This document shows positions 1-8,926 of a stretch of DNA of 44,150 bases, piece by piece. The stretch is taken from the IMG/VR virus record IMGVR_UViG_3300045988_030968, positions 1-44,150 of that record. One strand, 5' to 3'. Numbering within the stretch: the stretch's first letter is position 1; every line of letters starts with the position of its first letter. Under the pieces are notes generated by a model, which searched no databases, had not been told where the DNA came from, and saw only the letters and a program-made list of their open reading frames with translations. A program made the translations under genes and the position numbers. The DNA is from a virus. Its lineage: Duplodnaviria; Heunggongvirae; Uroviricota; Caudoviricetes.

Positions 1-55
1 AGGAAGCCACGACCGCGAAGTGATTATGCTCTCTGCACCGGAGGAGGCAATCTAC
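1..55. repeat. 55-bp direct repeat identical to 44096-44150 (window ends overlap; circular assembly junction)
   Basis: Exact match of first 55 bases to last 55 bases; 55 is a common assembler k-mer size. Confidence 0.9.
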
Positions 56-265
56 ACGGGGAATAGCGCACTAAAAACTGAGTTTTCATTCGGCAACGAA
101 GCAAGGCATAATGCTCAGAAGATAGTTGTTTCTTCAATCGACCCAGGCGACGACCGCACGGTCAAGATTACTGGCTACAACTATGACGACAGATTCTACA
201 AATACGACGGCGTCGCGCCATACGGCAGCGGTTTCTCCGACGGATTCAGCAATGGTTTTAATTAA
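1..265 (+). CDS. 3' end of J-like central tail fibre / tail tip gene that begins at 41856 and crosses the window junction
   Basis: Reading frame is continuous from 41856 through 44150 into 1..265 (stop TAA 263-265); track ORF 20..265 is its tail. Confidence 0.6.
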   Translation, partial: GSHDREVIMLSAPEEAIYTGNSALKTEFSFGNEARHNAQKIVVSSIDPGDDRTVKITGYNYDDRFYKYDGVAPYGSGFSDGFSNGFN

Positions 266-277
266 AGAGGACTCTAT

Positions 278-2275
278 ATGTCAAGCGGATGCGGTGACGT
301 TTTAAGCCTGGCGGATTTACAAACCGCCAAGAAACATCAGATTTTCGAGGCCGAGGTTATCACTGGCAAATCCGGCGGTGTCGCCGGTGGTGCCGATATT
401 GATTACGCGACAAATCAGGTTACTGGACAGACGCAGAAGACACTCCCCGCCGTGTTGCGTGACACTGGTTTTTCTCCTGTAGCGTGGGACTTTTCTACCG
501 GCGGCACGCTAACTGTTAATGACCGCGACAAAGTTGTTTATGACCCGGTGAGTAAAACGTGGTACTCATACGCGGGTACGCTTCCGGTTGTTGTCCCTGC
601 ATCGTTTAACCCGGTCGGTAACGCTAACTGGAAGCCGCAGACCGACCCATATCTACGCGATGATTTAGCAAACACGGATGATGTGCAACTCGGCGACGCC
701 ATGGTCGGGGTTAAATCTGTACTGGCCGGAGCCGTTGGGAGAACCCTACATAGCAAAGTTAGCGACGTGGTTAGTATTTATGACTTTGGCGCCTCATGGG
801 ATGGTGCATTACACCCGTTAAGTGAACGATTCTCCACGCTAACCGCTGCTCAGATGGTCTATCCGTTTGTAACCAGTCTTGACCAGTCTACCGACTACGC
901 AGCTATCCAGGCAGCGTGCGACTCCAAAAAGACGGTACTAATCCCCAAAGGAACTGGCTTTGTAAATTCAACTATCTATTTCAATAATAGCGTCAGAATC
1001 GTCGGGGAGAACACCGACGGCATCAACCGTGCCCAGTCGTTTATATCCGTTGACGGGAACATATCCCTCTTTGCGCTCGCTCAGGGTAGCTCTTCCGGCG
1101 GGACGAAAATGATTCAACTGTTCATTGACGGACTGTATATCTTCTACAATCCAGGAGATACGCCAACCGTCACAACAGGAAATAGTGGGAAGATAGCATT
1201 TAATTTCTATTCCACTGAAGCCGGTACTACCGGGCTTGAAATGTCTGAGATTAAAAACTGCACCGTACACGGTGCATGGCGCTGTTTCTACGACGCCACC
1301 GGAACTTACCTTACTAAGCTGCAAAACGTATGGGCGCGGAATTGCCACGACGGCTTTATCAAGGCGCTTGGTACGACCATTTTGATGGAGACTTGTTACG
1401 CATCTGGGTGTGTCTCCCCTTATCAATTTGGTGCCGTCATGACGGTAACAATGCTTAATTGTGCGATGGACCAGTCAAGCATTACGACGGCTGGTGGTTC
1501 ATTCGGTGGAGCAGGTGTCCATTTCATTAACTCGCACAGCGTTAACATTGTGGGATTTGATGCGGAAGGAAATATAATTTCCACAGATGGTAGTGGGGAT
1601 GCAACTCTTTTCCATTTTGAGAATACTAATGGCAAAATATCTGGCCTAACGGCTCATCAAAACCAGATGAAAACCGTAGCCCCCGCAGCAAGTGGCACTG
1701 TTTCTTTTATAAAGGCGTCTGGAACAAGCCAGGTTATAATCGATTCTTCTGAGGATGACTTGTCGGAGAACGCAATCCCTTACTCCGGAACGGGAGGATA
1801 CCCTATTACGATATACGCTAAGGATGCAACATCCAGAATCGACGTGTACAGCGGACGTTGGCGCGCTCCTGCAGGCGGTTCACCGGCTTTATCAGTGGTT
1901 AGCCAGGGGAATGTTAACTGGTTCTGCCCGCCGATATCCGGTACTGTTTCTGGCGGGTACACCCAACAAGTATCATCCACTGGTCTACAGACACCTGGTT
2001 TCTACACAGCAAAGGGTGCGCAAGCCGTAAGTGCCAGTACGCAAACAACATTGTTTGCATTGCCAAATATGCAGGGGATGTATCTCATTAGTGTATGGGG
2101 TTCCGGCAGCGGCACAAACTACTCTTCTACACAACTAGCGATGTATGATGGCTCATTAACGCTAACGCCATTAAAAGCTGGGGCATTCATAACATTTTCT
2201 TCATCGGGAAGGAATGTAGCGATAACAAGTCAGGGCACGGGAACATTTAACTGGACGTATACAAAACTAGGATAA
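278..2275 (+). CDS. Tailspike / receptor-binding protein (possible polysaccharide depolymerase)
   Basis: 665 aa; RBS AAAGAGG then ATG 278; N-terminal motif YSYAGTLPVVVPASFNPVGNANWKP typical of tailspike anchor domains; Gly/Ser/Thr/Asn-rich C-terminal region; lower GC than genome. Confidence 0.65.
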   Translation: MSSGCGDVLSLADLQTAKKHQIFEAEVITGKSGGVAGGADIDYATNQVTGQTQKTLPAVLRDTGFSPVAWDFSTGGTLTVNDRDKVVYDPVSKTWYSYAGTLPVVVPASFNPVGNANWKPQTDPYLRDDLANTDDVQLGDAMVGVKSVLAGAVGRTLHSKVSDVVSIYDFGASWDGALHPLSERFSTLTAAQMVYPFVTSLDQSTDYAAIQAACDSKKTVLIPKGTGFVNSTIYFNNSVRIVGENTDGINRAQSFISVDGNISLFALAQGSSSGGTKMIQLFIDGLYIFYNPGDTPTVTTGNSGKIAFNFYSTEAGTTGLEMSEIKNCTVHGAWRCFYDATGTYLTKLQNVWARNCHDGFIKALGTTILMETCYASGCVSPYQFGAVMTVTMLNCAMDQSSITTAGGSFGGAGVHFINSHSVNIVGFDAEGNIISTDGSGDATLFHFENTNGKISGLTAHQNQMKTVAPAASGTVSFIKASGTSQVIIDSSEDDLSENAIPYSGTGGYPITIYAKDATSRIDVYSGRWRAPAGGSPALSVVSQGNVNWFCPPISGTVSGGYTQQVSSTGLQTPGFYTAKGAQAVSASTQTTLFALPNMQGMYLISVWGSGSGTNYSSTQLAMYDGSLTLTPLKAGAFITFSSSGRNVAITSQGTGTFNWTYTKLG

Positions 2276-2280
2276 AACTA

Positions 2281-2303
2281 AGGCCCCTAACGGGGCCTTT
2301 TCT
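2281..2303. terminator. Bidirectional rho-independent terminator between convergent tailspike and helicase operons
   Basis: AGGCCCC-TAAC-GGGGCCT hairpin flanked by T-run on plus and A-run (T-run on minus). Confidence 0.6.
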
Positions 2304-2441
2304 CTACTCTTCTGATAATTTCTCCAGAACAAACGCCAATTGCGCGTTAGCAGCATCTCTCTGTTGCCGTAGTCGTAGAACCTCCTCCTCAAGTTCCTTG
2401 ATACGTTTTTGCAATGCCGGAATCGGGGCTATGATGTTCAT
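2304..2441 (-). CDS. Small coiled-coil protein (45 aa), hypothetical
   Basis: ATG overlaps helicase stop (ATGA); translation MNIIAPIPALQKRIKELEEEVLRLRQQRDAANAQLAFVLEKLSEE; below track size cutoff. Confidence 0.3.
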   Translation of the reverse strand: MNIIAPIPALQKRIKELEEEVLRLRQQRDAANAQLAFVLEKLSEE

Positions 2442-3874
2442 TTCTTACCTCGTCTCTTCATGTAATTAAGCAACTCTTCCTGTACCGATTTCTTCTCGTC
2501 GGTACGCGCGGCAACAACCTCGTCCAGCGTGTCTTTAGCGACGATATGATAGAGGAACACCGGGCGCTCGTGGCCCGCCTGTTTCTGGCGAACCGGGCCA
2601 ATACGCTCGACAACCTGCAAATAGTGCTCAAGGTTCCAGCCTTGCGAAATAAACGCCAGATGATGCCCGCCATCCTGTAAATTCAAACCGTGGCCCGCTG
2701 ACGCAGGGTGTACGCATAAGATTTCTATTTCACCGCGGTTCCACGCTTCCATCTGCTTATTACCTTTAGCGCCTTTGGCGAACGCCTGTGCCTGCGGGAA
2801 TCGCTTAAGAATACGCTCCAGTTCATGCTTAAACTGATAGGCTACCAGTAACGGTGCACCCTGTAACTCCTCGACAATTGACTCAAGCGCGTCCAGTTTC
2901 GTGTCGTGTACTTTCTCCCAGTCTTTCGTTGCTTCTCCGTCTGGCCCTGATACGTATACGGCACCGGATGCAATCTGCAAGCACTTAGACGTCTTCGCCG
3001 CAGCGTTAGCCGCTTCAACCTCCCCGCTTTCCAGTTCCGCGAATAGCTTCTCCTCCATATCGATGTATGCCTGACGTGCTTTCTTCGGCAGGTCGATTTC
3101 GACCGGTACAATAATCGGCGCTTCGCAGCCGAACCACTCGGCGGCGTCAATCGTGAGACTAATGTCTTTCATCCTCTGATGAATCTCATTATCCGCGCCC
3201 GGGCGTACCCGATACCTTCGTGCCATCGCAGATTTGCCTTCCTGTACCGAGTTAAACCAGCGGTCAGTGAATGCTGTGTACGAGGAACCGAGGCGCTCTC
3301 CTGCGTCGATAAACCAGTTCTGACCCCACAAGTCTTTGAGGCCATTCGGCGACGGCGTACCTGTCAGGTTGATGAAACGCTTAACCTTTCCAAATGCCAC
3401 TTTACTAAGTGCCTTTGCTCGCTTGCTACCGCCTGAACGGCTGCGGAAGGATTTAAGCTTCGTGCTCTCGTCGGCAACGATAACAGTAAAAGGCCAGTCG
3501 TCTTTGCCGTAGTAGTCAATCAGCCATTCGATAACTTCATAGTTGGTGCATACCACGTTAGCGTCAGACTCCAGCGCCGCGATGCGGCGCTTCTCTGAGC
3601 CGGTTGCATCGACGACACGCAGACACGGGAAACCCCATTTCTCTTGTTCTGCGGGCCACGTACCAGACGCAACACGCAGTGGGGCGAGGATTAACACGCG
3701 GTCGTCATCATTAAGTTGACCGTTGCGGAACAGTCGGTTAAGCACCCACATTGTCGACGAGGTCTTGCCGCCGCCCATACCGCACCAGATATTGCAACGT
3801 GGGTGCTGTAGCATAAACGACGTCATTATTTTCTGGTATTCGCGCCTTTGAAACTTAGACATGATTGGCCTCAT
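2438..3874 (-). CDS. SNF2-family (SF2) DNA helicase
   Basis: 478 aa; Walker A GMGGGKT, DExx box VADEST, C-terminal helicase motif QVVERIGPVRQ. Confidence 0.85.
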   Translation of the reverse strand: MRPIMSKFQRREYQKIMTSFMLQHPRCNIWCGMGGGKTSSTMWVLNRLFRNGQLNDDDRVLILAPLRVASGTWPAEQEKWGFPCLRVVDATGSEKRRIAALESDANVVCTNYEVIEWLIDYYGKDDWPFTVIVADESTKLKSFRSRSGGSKRAKALSKVAFGKVKRFINLTGTPSPNGLKDLWGQNWFIDAGERLGSSYTAFTDRWFNSVQEGKSAMARRYRVRPGADNEIHQRMKDISLTIDAAEWFGCEAPIIVPVEIDLPKKARQAYIDMEEKLFAELESGEVEAANAAAKTSKCLQIASGAVYVSGPDGEATKDWEKVHDTKLDALESIVEELQGAPLLVAYQFKHELERILKRFPQAQAFAKGAKGNKQMEAWNRGEIEILCVHPASAGHGLNLQDGGHHLAFISQGWNLEHYLQVVERIGPVRQKQAGHERPVFLYHIVAKDTLDEVVAARTDEKKSVQEELLNYMKRRGKK

Positions 3875-4538
3875 AAACTGCTTTTGCGAAACCCCGCGGG
3901 GTAAGGCTGCGGATTGTTTTTGTCCTCACCGATTTACCGCCTAATTTATTGTGTTGGTCAGAGTAACCGCCAACCACGGCGACACATGATTTAACAGGCA
4001 TCACAAAACCGTTACCCGCCCAAATACATGTCTTCTTAGGGTACGCGTCCCGCGGTTTTATGTATTCAGGGAACATTGGATGCGTGTCGTCTTCCGGTAA
4101 ATAGCCACCGTATTCGTATGGATTGAACGAGTAGTCAGGCTTACGCCATAAAGACGAAAGAACGCTAACCGGGTTCTCAATCATATAAGGTACGTTGTAC
4201 TTTTTAGCCAGACGCGCCGCCACTTTGCATGTAATTACGGCCTCTACCTGAAACGTGGGGTTCCTTCTCCGCTTCGTTTCGAAATGCGCAGCACCACTAA
4301 CGGCTAAATCTGTGCAAGGAGGGAACGCGAAAATAATATCCGGCACAACGTCGAAGTCGAATTTATTATCAATCCACGCGTTTGTATAGTGGATGTTCTC
4401 GTGTTCAACTTTTGCGCCCAATCGTGCGTAGTCTCCGTGGTCAGCACCGTCGTAGTTGAAACAATAGCAAGTATGGCCTGCTTCCGCCCACGGTTGGGCC
4501 ATAAGGCCCGAACCGTCAAACAATGACCAGACAATCAT
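3855..4538 (-). CDS. Short C5-cytosine methyltransferase-like protein (catalytic-domain motifs only)
   Basis: 227 aa; motif I LFDGSG, motif IV FPPC, motif VI ENPV in canonical order and spacing; overlaps helicase start by 20 nt. Confidence 0.45.
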   Translation of the reverse strand: MIVWSLFDGSGLMAQPWAEAGHTCYCFNYDGADHGDYARLGAKVEHENIHYTNAWIDNKFDFDVVPDIIFAFPPCTDLAVSGAAHFETKRRRNPTFQVEAVITCKVAARLAKKYNVPYMIENPVSVLSSLWRKPDYSFNPYEYGGYLPEDDTHPMFPEYIKPRDAYPKKTCIWAGNGFVMPVKSCVAVVGGYSDQHNKLGGKSVRTKTIRSLTPRGFAKAVYEANHV

Positions 4539-4726
4539 TTCAGCACCAGAACTAACTCTTTACGTCCGAACGCCGTAACGTTACCAGTTACATCTTCGAT
4601 AACCAGTTTACCGTTTGACTCGACGAAAACAGTATCAACGGCAACAGGACGACGTGTCTTAACGTTGAAAATCATGTCACCCGGTACGATGTCACGTGCT
4701 GGTTTGCGGTCATATTCGTGTTTCAT
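4535..4726 (-). CDS. Hypothetical protein (63 aa)
   Basis: Stop overlaps next start (ATGA); co-oriented in early operon. Confidence 0.5.
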   Translation of the reverse strand: MKHEYDRKPARDIVPGDMIFNVKTRRPVAVDTVFVESNGKLVIEDVTGNVTAFGRKELVLVLK

Positions 4727-4765
4727 TTCTCAATTCCTTATAGTTAAGGCCCCGAAGGGCCTGTA

Positions 4766-5020
4766 TTAGTTAGATAATTTGGCTTGAACTTGCTTAATAA
4801 GTTCTCCAGCCGTTGTGAAGTCTACAGACAGCCCTTTAGCGACGTCTTCCGCCAGCACCTTGCGGCCAACTGACCCGAAACCCAGGATACGGTTTACTTC
4901 CGAAACCTTCATAGACCATGAGTAATTGACTGACGCACCAGTGTATTTACAGATACGAACAGATGAATCGATTGAACCCATAACCATGGTGTTTACTGAC
5001 AGTTGAAGTTCGATAGCCAT
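4766..5020 (-). CDS. Hypothetical protein (84 aa)
   Basis: ATG 5020 preceded by AAGGAA; downstream of internal promoter at 5055-5083. Confidence 0.5.
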   Translation of the reverse strand: MAIELQLSVNTMVMGSIDSSVRICKYTGASVNYSWSMKVSEVNRILGFGSVGRKVLAEDVAKGLSVDFTTAGELIKQVQAKLSN

Positions 5021-5021
5021 T

Positions 5022-5336
5022 TTATAATTCCTTATATTGTTGGGGTATGTGCTTACTATAATAGTCCGCTATTAAGGTGTCAACCTGTTTAAACGAACCA
5101 ACGACAAAAACATCCGCACCGCGTTTACGCATCCGCTCGTGCTCTCGTAACTGGTGCGGGTCAGGCTTCGTATTTTCGTCTTTCTTAACTTCGACAAACC
5201 ATATGATGCCGCCGGGGAGAATTACCAGCAGGTCGGGAGCGCCGGAGCGCCCCTCGTACGACAGCTTACGAACTAGGCCCCCCAGGGCCTCGAACCTCTC
5301 TTTTGCATATTTCTGTACGCGGCCCTCTTTAGTCAT
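5022..5336 (-). CDS. VRR-NUC domain nuclease (PD-(D/E)xK)
   Basis: Motifs GAPDLLVILPGG and FVEVKKDENTKPDPHQLREHE; start set at ATG 5336 which overlaps upstream stop (ATGA). Confidence 0.7.
   Translation of the reverse strand: MTKEGRVQKYAKERFEALGGLVRKLSYEGRSGAPDLLVILPGGIIWFVEVKKDENTKPDPHQLREHERMRKRGADVFVVGSFKQVDTLIADYYSKHIPQQYKEL
5055..5083 (-). promoter_or_regulatory. Sigma70-type promoter with palindromic operator, embedded in 3' end of VRR-NUC CDS
   Basis: Minus strand TTGACA, 17-bp spacer, TATAGT; spacer contains TAATAG-N4-CTATTA. Confidence 0.5.
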
Positions 5337-5479
5337 GAGCGTAGGACCCAAGTAAGGAAAGCCCCTCCTAGAACGGCAACACCGACAAACTTAAAGAACA
5401 GGCCATAACAGAACATCGCGGCTATCCCCGCACCGAGCAACAGTGCGGACATGGTTACTATCGTCCAAAATACAAACAT
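5333..5479 (-). CDS. Small membrane protein (48 aa, two hydrophobic segments)
   Basis: MFVFWTIVTMSALLLGAGIAAMFCYGLFFKFVGVAVLGGAFLTWVLRS; stop overlaps VRR-NUC ATG. Confidence 0.4.
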   Translation of the reverse strand: MFVFWTIVTMSALLLGAGIAAMFCYGLFFKFVGVAVLGGAFLTWVLRS

Positions 5480-5481
5480 TG

Positions 5482-5676
5482 TCACAGCAAAGGCTCCGCG
5501 TCCGGGTTACGTAGGAAGTACGCTTGATAGATGTCGTGTTCTGAGTAGTAAACGCCTTTGTGTGTACACCCGGCGCAAGCATCACTAAAGAATCCATCGC
5601 CCATTACCATGATAAATTCCCATTCTGGCATATCCACCAACGCAGCTAGTTTCTTACTAAATGGTTTGTTACTCAT
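5482..5676 (-). CDS. Hypothetical protein (64 aa)
   Basis: Track ORF 5482..5685 trimmed to ATG 5676, which overlaps upstream stop (ATGA). Confidence 0.45.
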   Translation of the reverse strand: MSNKPFSKKLAALVDMPEWEFIMVMGDGFFSDACAGCTHKGVYYSEHDIYQAYFLRNPDAEPLL

Positions 5677-5762
5677 AACACGCACCCCTCACGTTTCGTA
5701 TGTTCAATACCGCAGCGCGGGCAGATTCGGCAGTCTTCTTCATAGAACCAGTAAATTTTCAT
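5673..5762 (-). CDS. Micro-ORF, zinc-ribbon-like (29 aa)
   Basis: MKIYWFYEEDCRICPRCGIEHTKREGCVL; ATGA overlaps on both sides. Confidence 0.3.
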   Translation of the reverse strand: MKIYWFYEEDCRICPRCGIEHTKREGCVL

Positions 5763-5890
5763 TCCAGAACCCACAGATAAATTGCGATGAACATGCCCAA
5801 TAAGGCAACCATCATGCCGTATTGACCCTCATGACAGTAGACACCAGCGGCGAATCCCGCCAGTACCGCAATAATCAGTTTACTTAGCAT
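5759..5890 (-). CDS. Small hydrophobic protein (43 aa)
   Basis: MLSKLIIAVLAGFAAGVYCHEGQYGMMVALLGMFIAIYLWVLE; start overlaps end of polymerase gene. Confidence 0.35.
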   Translation of the reverse strand: MLSKLIIAVLAGFAAGVYCHEGQYGMMVALLGMFIAIYLWVLE

Positions 5891-8153
5891 AACGGTACAC
5901 CTCTTCCCCAGCCCACGTTAACGGGAACCCTTCAGCCCATTCAGGTAATGAGCATAGCAGGTCGCCCATCTCTTTAACCGTGTACTCCGGCGTGTCTGGC
6001 GTTTCGGCGACACATTCGTCGTGTACGTGAAGCACAATTGGGTAGCCCGCTGCCTCGACCGTCAGCAGTCCGTTAACCAGTAAATCACGGCACAACGCCT
6101 GGATAATGTTTTCACACAATTTTCCGCCGTGTGTGTACAAAGTTGTCCACTGGCGGGTGGTCTGATTTTCGCCCTGGTATTTAATGCGAACGTTAGTTGT
6201 TACACGCCCGTCCTCGTCGGTCTCTTTAGTGACGCTTAAGCCTATACCAGGGTAGGACATGATGCGCCCCGACGGCAGCTCCACGCACAGCCACCAACCT
6301 GGCACAAAGTTACCCTGTCTGTCTTTCTCTTTAGTACGCCAGATGCGAATAGCTCTGTCGCCGTTGAGGCGGACTCTGGCCCCCGCCCAAAACTCTCGTC
6401 CTGGATTTCTGATTGCAGCAATCACCGAATCTTTAAGGTCGTTCCAGAATTTCACTGTTTCCGGATGGGCCTCACGCCACATGCGCTTGATAGCATCGCA
6501 AGTGCGCCAGACTTCTTTAGGCAGCACATAAGAGGCCCGTTCATCCTTTTTACCGGGTTTTGGAGGTCGCTTAGCCTCCTGGATCCGCGCCCATTCATAA
6601 CCTCGGGCAGTGGCGGCCCATATATGGTCAGGGAACGTTCCCCGCATTGTCTCCGTCATTTTAAAGAGGTCCAGCCCGTAAGTTTTAGCCATAGTCATGA
6701 AAGCTCCTACGCCGCCTTCGTAGCCGAGGCCAAGCTCGCAACATTTCCCGACCTGACGTAGGTCCTTACGGGTGGCTTTAAGCTCAATAGGATCCATACC
6801 AAACATCTCGCCCGCAGTGGCGCAATAAATATCAATCCCAGCGCGGAACGTCTCAAGGGCGGACGTCTCCCCCGCCGTCCAGGCTAACCCGCGCCCTTCC
6901 ACGTTTGAGTAGTCGGCAACGAGCAACTTATTGCCTTTTTCCGGGATGATGCAACTGCGGACAGTCGAGGCCGTTAGTTTAGATACATCGAAACGGCGAT
7001 GCGCCCGGCCCTTTAAAAGCAAATTGATGCCAAATGATAGCGGATTAAGCCTGCGGTTCCAGTCTTCATCGGACTCCCACGGCTGGCGTACAAGTTTCTT
7101 TTCCTCGTTAGTCGGGTCGTCGTGGTAGTACCCGCGCGACAGGTTCTGCGGTTGGAACCCTTTACCCGCAAATCGTAAAGTGCGCTTTGCCCCGCCGTAC
7201 TGGATGCAACCACGGCGTCGTCCGTCTTTGGACCGTCCTAGCAGGAGCGGTTTGTATTTTGTCGACGCCGTGGAGGCCGCGCCGAGGCGCATCTCAATGA
7301 TTGTGCGCGCATCGTCAGGTAAGTCGTCGTCCTCTAACAAACCTTCGAGCGTTGCTTTCTGCGCATTATAAATATTGTAGGCCGGTGCCAGTTCCCGAAG
7401 GATTGGCAGGAAATCTTTGCCCGTTAGTTTCCCGCCGAATTTCGCGCGGGCCTCGTTTTTTAGCTCTTGCTTGTGGCGTTCAACTGCCGCTACCGCCGCT
7501 TCAGCAAGCGCCGTGTCAACAAAGAAGCCTCGGTCGTTGATTAACTGGTCCAGTTCCAGTACACGGTCTTCGAACTCGGAGTTACCCCAACGCGGCAGCT
7601 TATGGAAGACTTCACGCATCGATGTGATGTCGCTAATACCGTACTTAATAAACCAGGCCCACTCGTCCGGGTGAGTTTCAGCAGTGTAACGGCGGATTTT
7701 GTAGTTCTTTGGCGTCGGTTTAGAAAAACGCTTAATCAGCGCCTTGCCGCGCTTATCCTTCGCATTGTCAGCAGACACGCCCAACACTTCGCACAATGCG
7801 TCAAGTGACCCTGGCAACGCGTGACGAAACGCCCAAATCATCGTATCAATGGTGTTGCTTACCGGGATATCAAAACCCCAGCAGTGCTTCATGATGAGCC
7901 TGTCGAACATTGAGCCGTTGTGCCACACCATCTTAATGCGACTGTTTGGCTTCACCAGACGGCGTAGTGCTCGGTGTAAACCCCCCGGCATGTCGCTGCC
8001 GTCGGTGCAATCCCACACCTGAACAGGCTCGTCGTCAAAAGCATAGGTACAGATAAGCACTTCGGTAGTAGGGTGTTCGGCGTAAGCGTAGGAACCGACT
8101 TTCTTTAAATCGGCTTCGGAGAATGTTTCAAAGTCTAAGAACAGGTAACTCAT
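5880..8153 (-). CDS. Family-A DNA polymerase with 3'-5' exonuclease domain
   Basis: 757 aa; exo motif FLDFETFS; pol motif A VADYSNVEGR, motif B RKDLRQVGKCCELGLGYEGG, motif C LHVHDE. Confidence 0.9.
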   Translation of the reverse strand: MSYLFLDFETFSEADLKKVGSYAYAEHPTTEVLICTYAFDDEPVQVWDCTDGSDMPGGLHRALRRLVKPNSRIKMVWHNGSMFDRLIMKHCWGFDIPVSNTIDTMIWAFRHALPGSLDALCEVLGVSADNAKDKRGKALIKRFSKPTPKNYKIRRYTAETHPDEWAWFIKYGISDITSMREVFHKLPRWGNSEFEDRVLELDQLINDRGFFVDTALAEAAVAAVERHKQELKNEARAKFGGKLTGKDFLPILRELAPAYNIYNAQKATLEGLLEDDDLPDDARTIIEMRLGAASTASTKYKPLLLGRSKDGRRRGCIQYGGAKRTLRFAGKGFQPQNLSRGYYHDDPTNEEKKLVRQPWESDEDWNRRLNPLSFGINLLLKGRAHRRFDVSKLTASTVRSCIIPEKGNKLLVADYSNVEGRGLAWTAGETSALETFRAGIDIYCATAGEMFGMDPIELKATRKDLRQVGKCCELGLGYEGGVGAFMTMAKTYGLDLFKMTETMRGTFPDHIWAATARGYEWARIQEAKRPPKPGKKDERASYVLPKEVWRTCDAIKRMWREAHPETVKFWNDLKDSVIAAIRNPGREFWAGARVRLNGDRAIRIWRTKEKDRQGNFVPGWWLCVELPSGRIMSYPGIGLSVTKETDEDGRVTTNVRIKYQGENQTTRQWTTLYTHGGKLCENIIQALCRDLLVNGLLTVEAAGYPIVLHVHDECVAETPDTPEYTVKEMGDLLCSLPEWAEGFPLTWAGEEVYRYAK

Positions 8154-8173
8154 TATTTTTGACCCTTAGTAAA

Positions 8174-8195
8174 AAGGCCCAATGAAGGGCCTTAG
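8174..8195 (-). terminator. Terminator/attenuator between SSB-like gene and DNA polymerase gene
   Basis: AAGGCCC-N5-GGGCCTT hairpin followed by T-run on minus strand. Confidence 0.4.
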
Positions 8196-8212
8196 TTAAA
8201 TTGATTCAGATA

Positions 8213-8839
8213 TTAACGGCGACGACGTTCGCGGCGCGGTGCTTCATCTTCTTCGTCGTCTTCCAGGTCATCGACACTTGCGGCAACTTTAGAACCGCCG
8301 AACGCTTTACCCTCGCCAACGTATTTAATTGCCAACAGGTTAACGCCGAGGACTTTATATTTCTGGCTGAACCAGATTTCAACGCTTACGTTAGCGACGC
8401 ATCCGCTGTAAACCTGTTCACCTTCAATCTGTTCGCCGTCTACGTTGAAGTCCTGCTCTACCTGAGTCTCACCTTTTTTAGAGGTTACAATCAGCGGCTG
8501 TTTCTGTGCCTTCGCTTTGAAGTAGAAGCCTTCCGGGAAGTCTTCAAACGGATTGTCGCGCTCAGCAATGTCTTTAATAGCGCATTTATCCATATGCTTG
8601 CCTTCGCCGTAGTTTGACTTCATCCACTTCTCGGCAGCGGCTGCACCTAATGCTTCTTCAACTACCGCGTAAACAGTGTCGTAGAGTGCATCGATTTGAG
8701 CGTGGTCAGACGGCAGGATAATCGTTGCGCTGTACTGACCTTTAGTGATTGAGCCATCATCGTTTTCACGGTCTTTTTCGCGTTCAAATACGTTAACCCA
8801 TGCAGTGTTTACTTTACGCAGATTCAGTTTAATACCCAT
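8213..8839 (-). CDS. DUF2815-type single-stranded DNA-binding protein
   Basis: 208 aa; pattern NPFEDFPEGFYFKAKAQKQPLIV and YSGCVANVSVEIWFSQKY; acidic DDLEDDEEDE segment near C-terminus. Confidence 0.65.
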   Translation of the reverse strand: MGIKLNLRKVNTAWVNVFEREKDRENDDGSITKGQYSATIILPSDHAQIDALYDTVYAVVEEALGAAAAEKWMKSNYGEGKHMDKCAIKDIAERDNPFEDFPEGFYFKAKAQKQPLIVTSKKGETQVEQDFNVDGEQIEGEQVYSGCVANVSVEIWFSQKYKVLGVNLLAIKYVGEGKAFGGSKVAASVDDLEDDEEDEAPRRERRRR

Positions 8840-8892
8840 CGTGATTTCTCGCTTTTCAGTTTACTCCGGGAAGCTGCCCGGCCAGTGATTTA

Positions 8893-8922
8893 ACTATAAT
8901 AGTTTGCTATTCAGGATGTCAA
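8893..8922 (-). promoter_or_regulatory. Sigma70-type promoter with palindromic operator, upstream of SSB-like gene
   Basis: Minus strand TTGACA, 17-18 bp spacer, TATAGT; spacer contains TGAATAG-N4-CTATTA. Confidence 0.5.
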
Positions 8923-8926
8923 CACT

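Noticed and set aside
1-55. Interpreting the 55-bp end repeat as genuine direct terminal repeats of the virion DNA
   Set aside because: The length equals a standard assembler k-mer and a gene reads through it seamlessly; an assembly overlap is more parsimonious, though only read-level data can settle it.
5391-5597. 68-aa minus-strand ORF
   Set aside because: Overlaps two better-supported, translationally coupled ORFs in other frames and lacks its own start context.
6259-7808. Series of 63-98 aa plus-strand ORFs
   Set aside because: All are inside the DNA polymerase gene on the opposite strand, whose motifs are intact; judged spurious.
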